Below are positions 15,387-26,000 of a stretch of DNA of 55,051 bases, in pieces; the first letter of the stretch is position 1; every line of letters starts with the position of its first letter. A program made the position numbers and the translations under genes. The stretch comes from an uncultured virus (IMG/VR IMGVR_UViG_3300029258_001513). Its lineage: Duplodnaviria; Heunggongvirae; Uroviricota; Caudoviricetes. Below the pieces are notes generated by a model that had not been told where the DNA came from, searched no databases, and was given only the letters and a program-made list of their open reading frames with translations. The stretch lies in the IMG/VR virus record IMGVR_UViG_3300029258_001513. One strand, given 5' to 3'.

Positions 15387-15703
15387 TGATACCGACACGG
15401 GAACGAGCATTCTTTATTCTTGATATGATGAGGGTGGCTCTTGCTGTCAAGAAGGATTGGAAACCGGACGAGACTTTTGAAAGTGTTGTCTGTGATTATG
15501 GGGCTCGTTCCGGGATAAGGCATTCGGAATTGGAGTCTTTCAAGGAATTGACTGTAGGTGAGATTTTGAGGCTTCCGACTGAGGCGGATGTGGACGATGA
15601 CGATTTTCAGTATCGTAACTGTGGTGGTCCGGGTTTGTTGGAGCGTAAAGAAGCAGCTTTTGAGGACGAAAGGGTTCAGAAGTGTAGCAGGCTTGTGCAA
15701 TGA
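15383..15703 (+). CDS. Hypothetical protein
   Basis: GTGA-coupled, GGAGG RBS. Confidence 0.6.
   Translation: MMIPTRERAFFILDMMRVALAVKKDWKPDETFESVVCDYGARSGIRHSELESFKELTVGEILRLPTEADVDDDDFQYRNCGGPGLLERKEAAFEDERVQKCSRLVQ
15676..15703 (+). promoter_or_regulatory. Phage promoter motif A (variant TCAGAAG)
   Basis: Same spacing to TGCAATGA. Confidence 0.65.
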
Positions 15704-15723
15704 GGGGGCGTGAGAGGTAAAGT

Positions 15724-15948
15724 ATGAAAGCGGCACCCAAGAAAATCTCGGTGTACTGTGTAGAAGTCCAAGGCACGCCGGAAGGTGATTGTGTCGTGTT
15801 GAATACGGACAGGGGATTCTTGCAGGCTGCCTTGATTTCCCGTGACCACACGAAGTTCTATCGGTGGTTGGGCAGGGAGTGTCGGCACGACACGGCTCCC
15901 CGGCGTCACGCCATGAATTACGCCTATGACCGGGCGGGAGGTTGGTGA
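15724..15948 (+). CDS. Hypothetical protein
   Basis: GAGG RBS, behind motif A. Confidence 0.6.
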   Translation: MKAAPKKISVYCVEVQGTPEGDCVVLNTDRGFLQAALISRDHTKFYRWLGRECRHDTAPRRHAMNYAYDRAGGW

Positions 15949-16163
15949 TGGGCATTTATTCTACAATGGAAATCAGCAGGAAGGATGCTTTCAGGGTTCT
16001 TCGAGAAGCGGTGACATCACACCACGGGGAAAGTCTCATTACCGATGATGAGTTGTCGGATATGCTATTTGTCTTATTTGGAGATCGTATTGGGCACAAT
16101 TTTTCGATAACCGATAATCCATCAGGGGTTTTTGTTTATAGGGATGGGATGTTGAGATTGTGA
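15948..16163 (+). CDS. Hypothetical protein
   Basis: Coupled ORF, GGAGG RBS. Confidence 0.55.
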   Translation: MGIYSTMEISRKDAFRVLREAVTSHHGESLITDDELSDMLFVLFGDRIGHNFSITDNPSGVFVYRDGMLRL

Positions 16164-16444
16164 AGAACCAAGCCTTGCTGACAACAATGATGCAGACGGC
16201 GGTGCCTCTTCACGTCATGCGGCTCAAGGAAAAGGGTGGTCCGACGAAGGAAGATATGGCAAGAGCCCAAGAGACCTCGGATATTCTCGGTGAACGGGGA
16301 GATATTCTTTTGCATGGCGGCGGGAAAAAGGGTGAAGCGGCAGACCAGTTCAACCGGACGGCACATGCGATTGCGGTGTTGGCGTTCGTACCCGGTGGTG
16401 TAACATTATTTGGTACGACTTTCGATGCGGAGAAGATGCTATGA
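16160..16444 (+). CDS. Hypothetical protein
   Basis: GTGA-coupled; ends LAFVPGGVTLFG. Confidence 0.65.
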   Translation: MKNQALLTTMMQTAVPLHVMRLKEKGGPTKEDMARAQETSDILGERGDILLHGGGKKGEAADQFNRTAHAIAVLAFVPGGVTLFGTTFDAEKML

Positions 16445-16662
16445 ACGAAGTCCTCGAAGACGTGTGGGTGGCGTTTTCCATCGAACACAAGTGCGGTGGC
16501 GACGTGAATCTCCATTACCTCGACCACGGAACGGACTACGCCAAGCTCCGGGAGCGTATTCGGTACCGGGAGTTCACTACATCGCCGACTCAGGTGGTCA
16601 TTCACAAGCTCGGTGAGATGGTGCATTCGAGTTGCCACGACCATATCGGGCGGGAACTATGA
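16441..16662 (+). CDS. Hypothetical protein
   Basis: ATGA-coupled. Confidence 0.55.
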   Translation: MNEVLEDVWVAFSIEHKCGGDVNLHYLDHGTDYAKLRERIRYREFTTSPTQVVIHKLGEMVHSSCHDHIGREL

Positions 16663-16841
16663 ACACCAAACTCAAGCCGCCGTGCCAAGTCATGTTCGAG
16701 GGTCGCAGGTGGTCCTTTCGGGCATTGTCCCATGCCAACCCCATGATGAAACGACGGGGCTGGAAGGGGCTTGTTGCCCATATACAAGGGTATGGGGGAA
16801 CGATTCTGGTCGAATACCGGAAGTTGGAGGCGATGACATGA
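16659..16841 (+). CDS. Hypothetical protein
   Basis: ATGA-coupled. Confidence 0.5.
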   Translation: MNTKLKPPCQVMFEGRRWSFRALSHANPMMKRRGWKGLVAHIQGYGGTILVEYRKLEAMT

Positions 16842-17134
16842 ATGATGCAGATAGAAAGCTGTTGGAAGCGGACGGATGGGAGATAGATTGTGAGTCCCCG
16901 TTCGAGTTGAGTCACCCGGATGGGAGTCGGGCGACGGGTCAGGCGGCGTACACCGTCTTGGAGTATCTTCGGCAGTCAGACAAGCACTGGTACGTGGTGA
17001 CTCTCAAGAATGGCAACGTGCAATCACGCAATGTGAGGGTGTTGGCAGAAAGTTTCAATGATGCCGTTGCCGAAGCTGAGGGACAAGCTATGCCGGGGTT
17101 CAAGGCAACGATGGTAGAACTGGATGAAACCTGA
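16838..17134 (+). CDS. Hypothetical protein
   Basis: ATGA-coupled, GGAGG RBS. Confidence 0.6.
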   Translation: MNDADRKLLEADGWEIDCESPFELSHPDGSRATGQAAYTVLEYLRQSDKHWYVVTLKNGNVQSRNVRVLAESFNDAVAEAEGQAMPGFKATMVELDET

Positions 17135-17585
17135 AGAAATTAAGAGGGTCCGCAAGAACCTCGGTATGACACAGACCCAGTTTGCGGACGCAATCGGAGT
17201 CTCTTTCGCAACCATGAACAGGTGGGAGCGTGGTCATTGCGAGCCGTTGCCCGATAGAGAGACACGCATAAGGGAGTTGTTCAACAGGATGAGGGAGCGG
17301 GAATCTCGGGATTGGGTAGTGTACCTGTTGAAATGTGGGGATGGTACGCTCTACTGCGGCATCACGAACGACATCAAGAAGAGGCTTTGGGCACACAGGC
17401 AGGGACAGGGAGCCAAGTACACGAGGGGTCGCACTCCGATTGTGTTGCACGCTTACCGGGGCGGTCTTACCAAGCGTCAGGCTTTGAAATTGGAAGCTCG
17501 GGTCAAGAAGACACCAAAGGTACGTAAGAAGGCAGTCTTGTTGACATGGACGTGTTGTCCTCACTGCGGCAAGGAAATCCAGTGA
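17124..17585 (+). CDS. XRE-type HTH fused to GIY-YIG nuclease
   Basis: IKRVRKNLGMTQTQFADAIGVSFATMNRWERG plus VYLLKCGDGTLYCGITND..R..H..GAKYTR. Confidence 0.85.
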   Translation: MKPEEIKRVRKNLGMTQTQFADAIGVSFATMNRWERGHCEPLPDRETRIRELFNRMRERESRDWVVYLLKCGDGTLYCGITNDIKKRLWAHRQGQGAKYTRGRTPIVLHAYRGGLTKRQALKLEARVKKTPKVRKKAVLLTWTCCPHCGKEIQ

Positions 17586-17803
17586 GGATATTACAAACCA
17601 CAAATGCTCATCTCGATTCTCTGTTCACGGGAAAACCCGACAAGGCTTGGAATAAGGTCCACAGGGCAGATGTCATCATCGCTGATGGGGTCGTCATTAA
17701 GAACCGCGAGGGGCATACGGGAGCCCGTGTTGGTGGTAGCATCTTTGCGTGGGACGAGGAAGTTGTTTCAGAATCGGGCGTTCCTTGTGCAATGAGTGGT
17801 TGA
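17582..17803 (+). CDS. Hypothetical protein
   Basis: GTGA-coupled. Confidence 0.5.
   Translation: MRILQTTNAHLDSLFTGKPDKAWNKVHRADVIIADGVVIKNREGHTGARVGGSIFAWDEEVVSESGVPCAMSG
17768..17795 (+). promoter_or_regulatory. Phage promoter motif A
   Basis: TCAGAAT-N13-TGCAATGA. Confidence 0.75.
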
Positions 17804-17880
17804 GGGAAAAGCCGGGACGAGGACGGTGCTGGAATAGCCCGATATCCGTTGACTCCCGGACCCTCATTTTTGAGGTAGAG

Positions 17881-18099
17881 ATGGATAAGTCGTTCACAGT
17901 CAGGCAGAAGGAAAACCTTTTTGGCGAGAAGAAGTGGTGCTTCTGTTTTGGGAGCGACCAGACGGTGACCGGGGTCGGCAAGGATAACCGGCGGTGGTGG
18001 GACAGCCTGAAAGAACTGACCGACGAGTTGAAGGCTCTGGGGATAGAGAAGAACGTATACGTGGTGTTCGATGACCAAGGCACGCAAAGCAATCGTTGA
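17881..18099 (+). CDS. Hypothetical protein
   Basis: GAGG RBS. Confidence 0.55.
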   Translation: MDKSFTVRQKENLFGEKKWCFCFGSDQTVTGVGKDNRRWWDSLKELTDELKALGIEKNVYVVFDDQGTQSNR

Positions 18100-18694
18100 G
18101 CAGTACGACCGGATTGTGGATGTCTACGAAGCAATCCCGATGGACGGCTCTATCTCCGTGCTGACCGGGCGTAACGGTTCCGGCAAGTCCCTTATCCGTC
18201 AGCAGTTGACTTTCCGGGCTCGGAAGAAGGACAGTCAGGCTCGTATCTATGACGCTTCCATGGAGCGTCGAACGGCGGCTCATGGCGGTGGTCTGGGTGC
18301 CTTCATGCGGGATACGTCTTGGAATCCGACATCCGTGAATACTCTGGACTTCATCCGGCAAACCATGAACCGGGAACACGGTTTCGTTGTGCTGGATGAA
18401 ATAGAGGTTGGGTGTGGGGAAGAGACCGTAAGGGGTCTTGTGAGTTGGCTGAACGCTAATCTCCGGGATGGCATCAAGAACACCATGGGTGCCTTGGTAA
18501 TCACGCACAGCCGGTACGTGGTGGAGAACCTGACGTTCGACCACTGGTTCAATCTGGACGGTTTCGAGACACCACAGGATTGGTGCCAGCGGGCACGGAA
18601 GACGGCTGACTTGGAACAGCTTCGCAGGGACAGTATCGACCTGTTCCGGTACGTGACATCCATGATCAAAGAAGCCAAAGCAAAGCGTAAATGA
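18071..18694 (+). CDS. ABC/AAA-type P-loop ATPase
   Basis: Walker A GRNGSGKS, Walker B VVLDE, H-loop ITHS. Confidence 0.8.
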   Translation: MTKARKAIVEQYDRIVDVYEAIPMDGSISVLTGRNGSGKSLIRQQLTFRARKKDSQARIYDASMERRTAAHGGGLGAFMRDTSWNPTSVNTLDFIRQTMNREHGFVVLDEIEVGCGEETVRGLVSWLNANLRDGIKNTMGALVITHSRYVVENLTFDHWFNLDGFETPQDWCQRARKTADLEQLRRDSIDLFRYVTSMIKEAKAKRK

Positions 18695-18999
18695 CTCCTC
18701 GTGTCTATCGTGACGGCGAACCGTGCAGGCATCGTGGGTGTGCCGGGCATCTCAGGAGCCCCTGTGAGGGCTGTGGTCGCATGGGAGCCCGAGGGGAAGC
18801 CACGATGAGGGGAGCTATCTTCGTGAGAAAGGAGGAGCCTGTTGACGGGTCTGACGAACAATCCGACGGATGTGAGGATGTTCCCCCAGCCGTGGTGAAG
18901 TGTGTGCTCACTGTTTTGGAGAACAGGCTCTCGTCAACAGCTTCTTTCAGGGTTCGTTCCCGTATTGCGAGCGTTGTGGAAGACAATGGAAGCCGTTGA
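18691..18999 (+). CDS. Hypothetical Cys-rich protein
   Basis: GEPCRHRGC..H...PCEGCGR. Confidence 0.55.
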   Translation: MTPRVYRDGEPCRHRGCAGHLRSPCEGCGRMGARGEATMRGAIFVRKEEPVDGSDEQSDGCEDVPPAVVKCVLTVLENRLSSTASFRVRSRIASVVEDNGSR

Positions 19000-19038
19000 G
19001 GAAAAAGAACAGACCGAACGGGGTGGTTTGTGTGTGGG

Positions 19039-19269
19039 ATGAAGAACCCGAACCGGATAATCGTGTGGGAGTGCTTGAAGTGTCAGGCTGTACTTGAGCG
19101 GCACATCCATGCGGACGGAACGTATTCCCAGCCGCCGTGTCCCGAGTGTGGCTCCAAGATGGAGGTGGTGAGGGTCAGGACGACAGGGACGGCTTTCGTC
19201 GAGAAGGAAGAGATTGTGTCAGAATCTTCCGATGTTCGTGCAATGAGGGAACAGGAGGTGAAATCGTGA
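19039..19269 (+). CDS. Small Zn-ribbon protein
   Basis: CLKC..CPECGS. Confidence 0.55.
   Translation: MKNPNRIIVWECLKCQAVLERHIHADGTYSQPPCPECGSKMEVVRVRTTGTAFVEKEEIVSESSDVRAMREQEVKS
19219..19246 (+). promoter_or_regulatory. Phage promoter motif A
   Basis: TCAGAAT-N13-TGCAATGA then AGGAGG RBS. Confidence 0.75.
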
Positions 19270-19709
19270 AAATAGAAAAGAATCGTGATGGGATTGTTGG
19301 TGCTGTCGAGACCATCTTGGACAGGGCTCGAAAGTCCCTTGATGAGCAGAGGGACAAGCTGGCGGAGGCGATGGACAAGGACACCATTCGTCATTGGCTG
19401 GAGTGGAATGCTCTTTCGCTCGCTCGGGCGAAGATGCGTGCCGGGGAGTGGGAAGGAATCTACAACGGTGTCCGTCGTATGTTCGATGACGAGGGGAAGA
19501 CGCCGGACGAAGTTCTCGGGGAGCTTCGGAAGTACCGGGACAGCATCGTTGAGCGTGTCCTCGGGGCTGACCAGTCCAACAAAAGCACGAGCGTTATGGG
19601 CAATGCCTTGAAGGACGAGGATATGCAGGTACTTCGGTCTGTGGCGGGAGTGAATATCCTGAGTTGCAACTCTCTGGCATCCATTCTTGCTGCTTGTGAT
19701 GCGATGTGA
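19266..19709 (+). CDS. Hypothetical protein
   Basis: GTG start with AGGAGG RBS. Confidence 0.7.
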   Translation: MKIEKNRDGIVGAVETILDRARKSLDEQRDKLAEAMDKDTIRHWLEWNALSLARAKMRAGEWEGIYNGVRRMFDDEGKTPDEVLGELRKYRDSIVERVLGADQSNKSTSVMGNALKDEDMQVLRSVAGVNILSCNSLASILAACDAM

Positions 19710-19912
19710 GAAACTAGGAAGAATTGATATGGCTAAACGTGTTGAGATTGTTCGAGCCAAGGACATTATCCGCAATCCCCGTCGTTTGACACGGGATGAG
19801 GCGGACAAACGCAAGGCTGCTGCCGACTCTCTGCATGGGATATGGTCCGATTTACCCTCTCACGTTGTGAAGACACTCATGGAGAAGACGTATCCGTGAT
19901 TAAGAACGAAGG

Positions 19913-20383
19913 GTGACGAGAACGACGATGAAAGCGAAAGTGCTGATTGATTTGCTGGAGCAGGGCAAGAAGCCCGTTGTAAAACTGACGGACAACCTGT
20001 GGGACGACTCTTTCGGGGGTCCGGGTATGATTGCTCGCGTGGTCAGCGTGAGCAACGCATCGGATGGTATGGTTGAGTTGGAATTCGATTACAACGAGAA
20101 CCGTGAGCACAACGTTGCACTGGATAAGCTGGACTGGCATCTGGCCAAAGGCGGTACTGGGACGGCTATCGAGGCCGGAATCATCGCAGACCCGAGCAAC
20201 ATTCACGAGGGCGTCTACTTCGAGTTGGAGCAGGAAGTCCCGGCTGAGTTCGTAGACGGGGAGACACCTCTGGCGGAATATCTTGAATCGGGTTCCGATG
20301 TGCCTTACGTTGAATGGCTGGAAGCCAAGTTGGAGGAACTTGTGCCGAATGCCATGAAGACGTGGAAGAAAGGACTCGATTGA
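19913..20383 (+). CDS. Hypothetical protein
   Basis: 156-aa ORF. Confidence 0.7.
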   Translation: MTRTTMKAKVLIDLLEQGKKPVVKLTDNLWDDSFGGPGMIARVVSVSNASDGMVELEFDYNENREHNVALDKLDWHLAKGGTGTAIEAGIIADPSNIHEGVYFELEQEVPAEFVDGETPLAEYLESGSDVPYVEWLEAKLEELVPNAMKTWKKGLD

Positions 20384-20637
20384 TGGACTTGGACACCTGT
20401 TCGGGGTGTAGCATGACTGGTCCTGCCGAGGATATGGAAGTGTGTCACGAGTGCGGGGTTCCTCTTTGCGACTCGTGCGGCAGCCTCAAGAACAACAAGC
20501 TCCTGTGTAAGAACTGCTTGGAAGAGGAGCAAGCGGCTGAATTCGAGGCAGAACTCGATGCAGAGATGCAGGAACTCATCCCCGAAGGTGTTGCTGTTAC
20601 ATGGAGCGAGGACGAGGATGGGAAGAAAGACAAGTAG
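20383..20637 (+). CDS. Hypothetical Zn-finger acidic protein
   Basis: Four CxxC pairs. Confidence 0.6.
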   Translation: MDLDTCSGCSMTGPAEDMEVCHECGVPLCDSCGSLKNNKLLCKNCLEEEQAAEFEAELDAEMQELIPEGVAVTWSEDEDGKKDK

Positions 20638-21256
20638 CCGGGAGCTTGACGAGACGCTGGTCACGTCCGACCTGCACCTCCTTCACGCCAACATCCTGCC
20701 TTATTGCAACCGTCCTTGGTTACAGGAAGGCGACTTCATCTGGAATCCGCCGGAGCCCGGCAAGCATCGCCGGGGGAAGTGGGTCTCCAAGGAAATCAAG
20801 GAACAGCGGGCTCGGGAGATGACCGATGCCCTGACTGAGAACTGGAACATGGAAGTCCGTCCCGGCGATACAACCTATCATATCGGCGACTTCTGCCTGT
20901 GCCGGTGGATGAAGCTCACGCCATTCGACCTTGAGCAGAATCTCAATGGTAAGGTGGTTCACATCGTGGGGAATCACGACCGGAGCAATGGCGTCAGGGG
21001 ATTGAAGTATGCCATGCTGGAGGTTATGGGTCATTCCATCTTGCTTATCCATCGTCCCATTCACCGGGTAGAGGAACTGCCTGACGATTGTGACATCGTG
21101 TTCTGTGGTCATGTTCACGAGAAGTGGGCGTACCGGTGGGTCGAGGACCGGCTCTTGCTGAACGTGGGCGTTGATGTGCGTGGGTTCTATCCGTGGCGTC
21201 TCCGGGATGCGATTGCCGAAGCTGAAAGGTTGCAAGATGAAGCTGGTATTGCCTGA
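20618..21256 (+). CDS. Calcineurin-like metallophosphoesterase
   Basis: SDLHLLH, IGDF, GNHD, GHVH, NVGVD. Confidence 0.85.
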   Translation: MGRKTSSRELDETLVTSDLHLLHANILPYCNRPWLQEGDFIWNPPEPGKHRRGKWVSKEIKEQRAREMTDALTENWNMEVRPGDTTYHIGDFCLCRWMKLTPFDLEQNLNGKVVHIVGNHDRSNGVRGLKYAMLEVMGHSILLIHRPIHRVEELPDDCDIVFCGHVHEKWAYRWVEDRLLLNVGVDVRGFYPWRLRDAIAEAERLQDEAGIA

Positions 21257-21449
21257 AGTTCCGCTGGATGAAGCGGTTGAGGGGCAGGATTATCTACTCC
21301 ATCATCAGGGTGATGACTCGGAGGAGTGGGTTTTTGGCATCCTGAAGGCCGGTCGTGCGGGTTGGGCTACGCAGGATGGTCCTGACCGTCCTTATGGCTG
21401 GCCGCTCAGAGTGTTCGAGTCACCGCGTTTGGGATACATTTCCGAGTAA
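21237..21449 (+). CDS. Hypothetical protein
   Basis: Overlapping ORF in the same operon. Confidence 0.5.
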   Translation: MKLVLPEVPLDEAVEGQDYLLHHQGDDSEEWVFGILKAGRAGWATQDGPDRPYGWPLRVFESPRLGYISE

Positions 21450-21577
21450 TCTGCGAAGAAATCGTTCACGGATACGCACGCAGGGTTTCGGGCTTTTGGT
21501 TAGGAACCTTGCGTTTTTTTTGATACTGATGTCATAGGTGGAGGCTTGTTGTGTTGGAACATGGAAGGTATTCGTAG

Positions 21578-21967
21578 ATGAGGCGTGTCGTATCGTTACT
21601 TTTGGGGCTGCTTGCGGGTTTGTGTCTTACATCTTGGGCGGCTCTTGATTTCTCGCGGGGGCTTACGGGGAGAGATGGCGGGCAACTGTTTTCTTCGGGG
21701 GTTCGGAGTAATCAGGTCATGCTTTTTGAGTTCTCGGACTATCCATCTTTGAATTTCACGTATCATTATGAAACGGAACCCGGAGTGACGAGCTTTCTCG
21801 ATGTCCCGACGGGTCTTTATCGCATGAGAATGACGGTTATCAGTGGTGACGTGGCAGGTGAGCCTGTCTATAGGGTAGTGTGTGTGCTTCCCGAAGAACC
21901 TGTCATTGTGTGTGGCAGGAACGGGACTGTTGATATTCATGGTATTGATTTACAATACAAGGAATAA
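21578..21967 (+). CDS. Hypothetical protein with signal peptide
   Basis: MRRVVSLLLGLLAGLCLTSWA; preceded by a motif B variant at 21519-21527. Confidence 0.65.
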   Translation: MRRVVSLLLGLLAGLCLTSWAALDFSRGLTGRDGGQLFSSGVRSNQVMLFEFSDYPSLNFTYHYETEPGVTSFLDVPTGLYRMRMTVISGDVAGEPVYRVVCVLPEEPVIVCGRNGTVDIHGIDLQYKE

Positions 21968-21969
21968 GT

Positions 21970-22728
21970 ATGTCACCAATCACTAGAGAAGTTTGGATAC
22001 TGATAGGAACAGGGGCGGGGCTCCTTGCTACTGGGTTGATTGTCGGCTTGGTCAAAGGTGTTCGCAGTTGGTTGCTTCAGTGGGGTAAGAAGTCATTCCA
22101 CCACGAATTTCCAAGTAAGAAGGAAGCTGACCAGCATAGGGGTATTTACACGGCTCTTATTGAGCTTCGTGCCTTGACTGATGCCGACCGTTCTTACGTT
22201 ATTCGATTCCACAACGGCAAGGAGTTCTTGCTGAGTGACCCGGTGTGGAAGGCTACCTGTACCCACGAGGTTGTTCGTCCGGGCGTTACCTATGAAGCGA
22301 TGAACATTCAGGACATTCTCGTGTCTCGGATTTCTGATTTGCTGGAGCCAGTCATTACCGGGGAGTGTGACACGCAAGGTATGTCGATGGGTCCATCTTG
22401 CAAGTCCTGTCCCTATTCTCCTGAATGTGACCGGATAGCCAAGCATCTTGTGGTGGTACAGGTGGATGACCTTCCGACCGGGTATACCAAGTTCTTTCTT
22501 CAGGAACAGAACATCAAGACCATTATCCAATGCACTTTGACCAGTAGGCATGGTCCGTTTGCCGTAATAGGAATCGACATTACGAGTGCTCCCGTTACCG
22601 ACCCTGCAACTCTGGAGTCCTTGTCCGTTCAGGTGTGTCAGGCTGCCGAGCGTATCCAATTCCTGTTCTTGGGCAAGGATTTGCGGAAAGCGAACTCTTC
22701 CCAGAAACATTCCCCTCCCAAATCGTAG
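21970..22728 (+). CDS. Membrane-anchored GAF-like protein
   Basis: N-terminal TM helix; ADRSYVIRFHNG..THEVV..GV pattern. Confidence 0.6.
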   Translation: MSPITREVWILIGTGAGLLATGLIVGLVKGVRSWLLQWGKKSFHHEFPSKKEADQHRGIYTALIELRALTDADRSYVIRFHNGKEFLLSDPVWKATCTHEVVRPGVTYEAMNIQDILVSRISDLLEPVITGECDTQGMSMGPSCKSCPYSPECDRIAKHLVVVQVDDLPTGYTKFFLQEQNIKTIIQCTLTSRHGPFAVIGIDITSAPVTDPATLESLSVQVCQAAERIQFLFLGKDLRKANSSQKHSPPKS

Positions 22729-22769
22729 TTTTTCCATCCCTCATTGCTGTTTGCGGTGTATAATCAAGC

Positions 22770-23081
22770 ATGGCAGGAATCCAATGGCGTGAGGTAAGGG
22801 GCTACGAGTTTACCCCCGAAGAGGCTCAAGCGGCTTCCGATTTCTCGGAAATCGTGAATTTGCATGGTCTCGACCTTGAAGCGGCGTATAATCTGTTCAA
22901 AGCCAAGGGGACAACTCTGGGGGTTGGACAGCGGCTCCTCTTTGCCGAGAAGATACCTATTGACCGGGCGACCGTGCTTTTGCTTTGTGACCCTGACGAG
23001 CGTATCAGGGGTGTCGTGGAGAAGCGGGTCGCCGAACACAGGGAGCAGGAAAGTGGCGGAATCATCACAGCCCGAGTATGA
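22770..23081 (+). CDS. Hypothetical protein
   Basis: 103-aa ORF. Confidence 0.6.
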   Translation: MAGIQWREVRGYEFTPEEAQAASDFSEIVNLHGLDLEAAYNLFKAKGTTLGVGQRLLFAEKIPIDRATVLLLCDPDERIRGVVEKRVAEHREQESGGIITARV

Positions 23082-26000
23082 CAAGGCCAAGCTGAGGAAA
23101 GAACTCATCAAGGGCATTGTCCATCTTGCCCGGCACAAGGAGTTCTACGGGCACATTGTCCAGCAGTTCGAGAAGGTCTGGGTGTGTGGCAAGCATCGGA
23201 TAGAGACAGCCGCAGTCGGGCGTTTTCGCGGCGAGCGTTTCATCAAGATGTGGATGAACATGGATTTCTTTGCCGGTATCTTTGCCGAGAACACCCGTGA
23301 GCAGGCGTGGACATACATGCTGAACGTGCAGGAGCACGAAATCATCCATTGTTTTCCGAAGGGGACAATGGTTGGTGGCTCGTTTGTACCGATAGAAAAG
23401 ATGACTGAGGGAATGGCTATTGTGGGTTCTGATGGGGAAAGGCATGAGGCAGAGCGGGTTGAGTCTCGTCGGTACACAGGGGGTTTGGTGTCTATTAAGC
23501 CGATGGGGGTAATGCCTTTTAATGTGACGGACCATCATCGCATTCTTGTGGCTGACATTGGCTGGAAAACCATCAACACCGATAAGCCAAGACGGAATGT
23601 GCGCTTAATACGGAACGTTGGCTGGAAGGAATCCCAAGATGTAAAGAAGGGGGATTGGCTTGCTGTTCCTCGGATGAAGGGACACAGGGAAGATGTCGAG
23701 ATAGACGTGTCTCAATATATGAAGGGGAACAAATGGAGTCTCCCTTGGGGGGTGCGAGTGGGCCGGATTCCTCTGAATGAGGATGTTGCGTGGTTGCTTG
23801 GGTATTATTGTGCCGAAGGTAGTGCAAGTTGCTCTACGGGGCAAGTGATATTCTCAATGCACGAGAAAGAGCGAGTTTCTAATGGCTCTGAAGTGGCCCG
23901 AATTGTTGAGGGATGGGGTCTTGGGGGTAAGCCTTTCTATCAGCGAGGAGAAGGTCATTCGTTGAGGATTGTTTTCAATTCCGTTGTAATGGCTCGGATG
24001 CTTCGGGATATGGCGGGGTACCACGCTAACACCAAGGCGGTTCCTCCAGAAGTGTTTTGGCATCGTGATGATGGTATTGTAAAGGCTTTTCTTCGTGGAT
24101 ATTTCGATGGAGATGGCGCAACGGAGAGCGAGGTGTTCTCGTCAGCGAGTGTGTCCAGCACATTAGCCTGTCAGCTTCAAATGATGTCTGCCCGTATCGG
24201 AGCATGGATGAACATGCACTTTGATGAGCTTTCTAGGCAGCCTCCAAGGGTCATTGTCAGTGGGAAGCCGAGAAAACTGAAGGACCAATACCGTTTGCAT
24301 TCTGGTGGCGATGATATCCGTGTGTTGCTCGGATATAGTCCCGTGAGAAAGAAGGGCAGGGTAACACGGCATCATGTCATCAGTGAAGACTTCATCTTTG
24401 TTCCTGTAAAAGAAGTGTCCCGGCAAGAGAAGTGGTCGGGGACGGTCTATAACCTTCGGAGTCCGACAAAGGATTATCTTGTTCACAATGTCGTAGTTCA
24501 TAATTGTGTGTTCGGGCACCTCTTCCTGACGTTCGAGGACAAGACTCGTGGTGGCGTGGCGGTGGATTGTGTGGTCAACGGGATTATGAATCCGCAGGAC
24601 GATAAGAAATTGATGCCGGGGAATTACGTCCATCCTGCCCATTATGGATTTCCGCTGGACAAATCCGCCATGTGGTACTATACACATCTTCGGGAAAACC
24701 CGCGTTTCCAGCAGCAGTGCAAGTCCGGGGCTTTCGGGGCTGGTGGTGCCCTGTCTCACATCATGTCCGGGCACAGTGCGTGGGATGACGTGAAGGACGA
24801 CCCTGTTGCTCAGGAGTTTGCCAAGGATATTGTTCGCAAGGCTAAAGACCTTTGCAACAAGCAGTACGGGAACATTCCCGGTGCGGTTCAGCAGCAGATA
24901 GAGGAACTGCTCAAGCGTAAGAAGGCGATTGTTCCGTGGGGACGGGTTCTCCGAATGTTCTGTGCCTCGGCACAGGAGTCTATACTGGACTACACGGTCA
25001 AGAGGGTGAGTAGACGGTACGGGACTCGTCCGGGGACACGGAAGGGCGATGTGCTCAAGCTGGCTGTGGCTATTGACACGTCGGGATGTTTTGTTGGAGA
25101 AACGTTGGTCCCAATGGCAAATGGAGGAATCAAACGAATTGACGATGTGGTGGAGGGAGATATGGTCGTGTCGTCGGCGTTTGGCGGTTGCCAAGTGCCC
25201 AGAAAATGTACCAATGTATTTGAAAAAGAAGCAACGGAGCTTGTCTCTGTGACAGCGGACAAGGGATTTTCATTTACCTGTACCCCAAATCACCGAATCT
25301 TCGTTTTGCGGCCAGAAGTCGGGCCGAAGCGTATTCGTAAATATGATAAACTTAGACGGGGAAAGATGATGAATGAGCTTCGAGAAAGCTCTGTTGTTGA
25401 AATTCCGGCAGAAGAGCTTCAGCCGGGAGACTGGCTGATAACAACACATGGTTCTGCACCTTGGATGACTCCGTTAGAGGGCTCTCTTCTACCAATGACG
25501 GATGCTCAGTCTGGAATGTATGTTACAGAGTCGGATATTTCGGAAGCTGATAGGCTAAAGAGGCAAAAGGGGGTATCCTATCGGAAACAGCACAGGGACG
25601 GAATGATGCGTTTTCATTATGCGTCAATCTTGGAAGCGAAGCGGCGAGGTGTCAGCAAAACGCTTCCGGTAATACCGAAGCAACCGACGGATGATTTTTG
25701 TCAGATTGTTGGATATGCGATTGGTGATGGGCATTTGTCCGATGCAACTTTTGTGGTAACGGACGAGTCTCGTAGTCGTCTTGATCTATACAATGACTTG
25801 ATGGTAGGCGTTTTCGGTTTGACGGGAGATATCAAGGAGTGGGATCGTAGAAGGCTTGTTGTAAACTCGAAGCCGCTAGTGGAATGGTGGAAGGACAGTT
25901 TACCAGAGACCGTTGTCCGTTCTCCGGACAGGACAATTCCGCAGTCTTTGACTCGTTTGCCGGATAGCAAGATTGCTGCACTCCTTCGGGGATTGTTTGA

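Noticed and set aside
22864..23052. N-terminal extension of the 1313-aa ORF
   Set aside because: It overlaps ORF 22770-23081; GTG 23053 with an upstream GGAG/AGGA is the likelier start.
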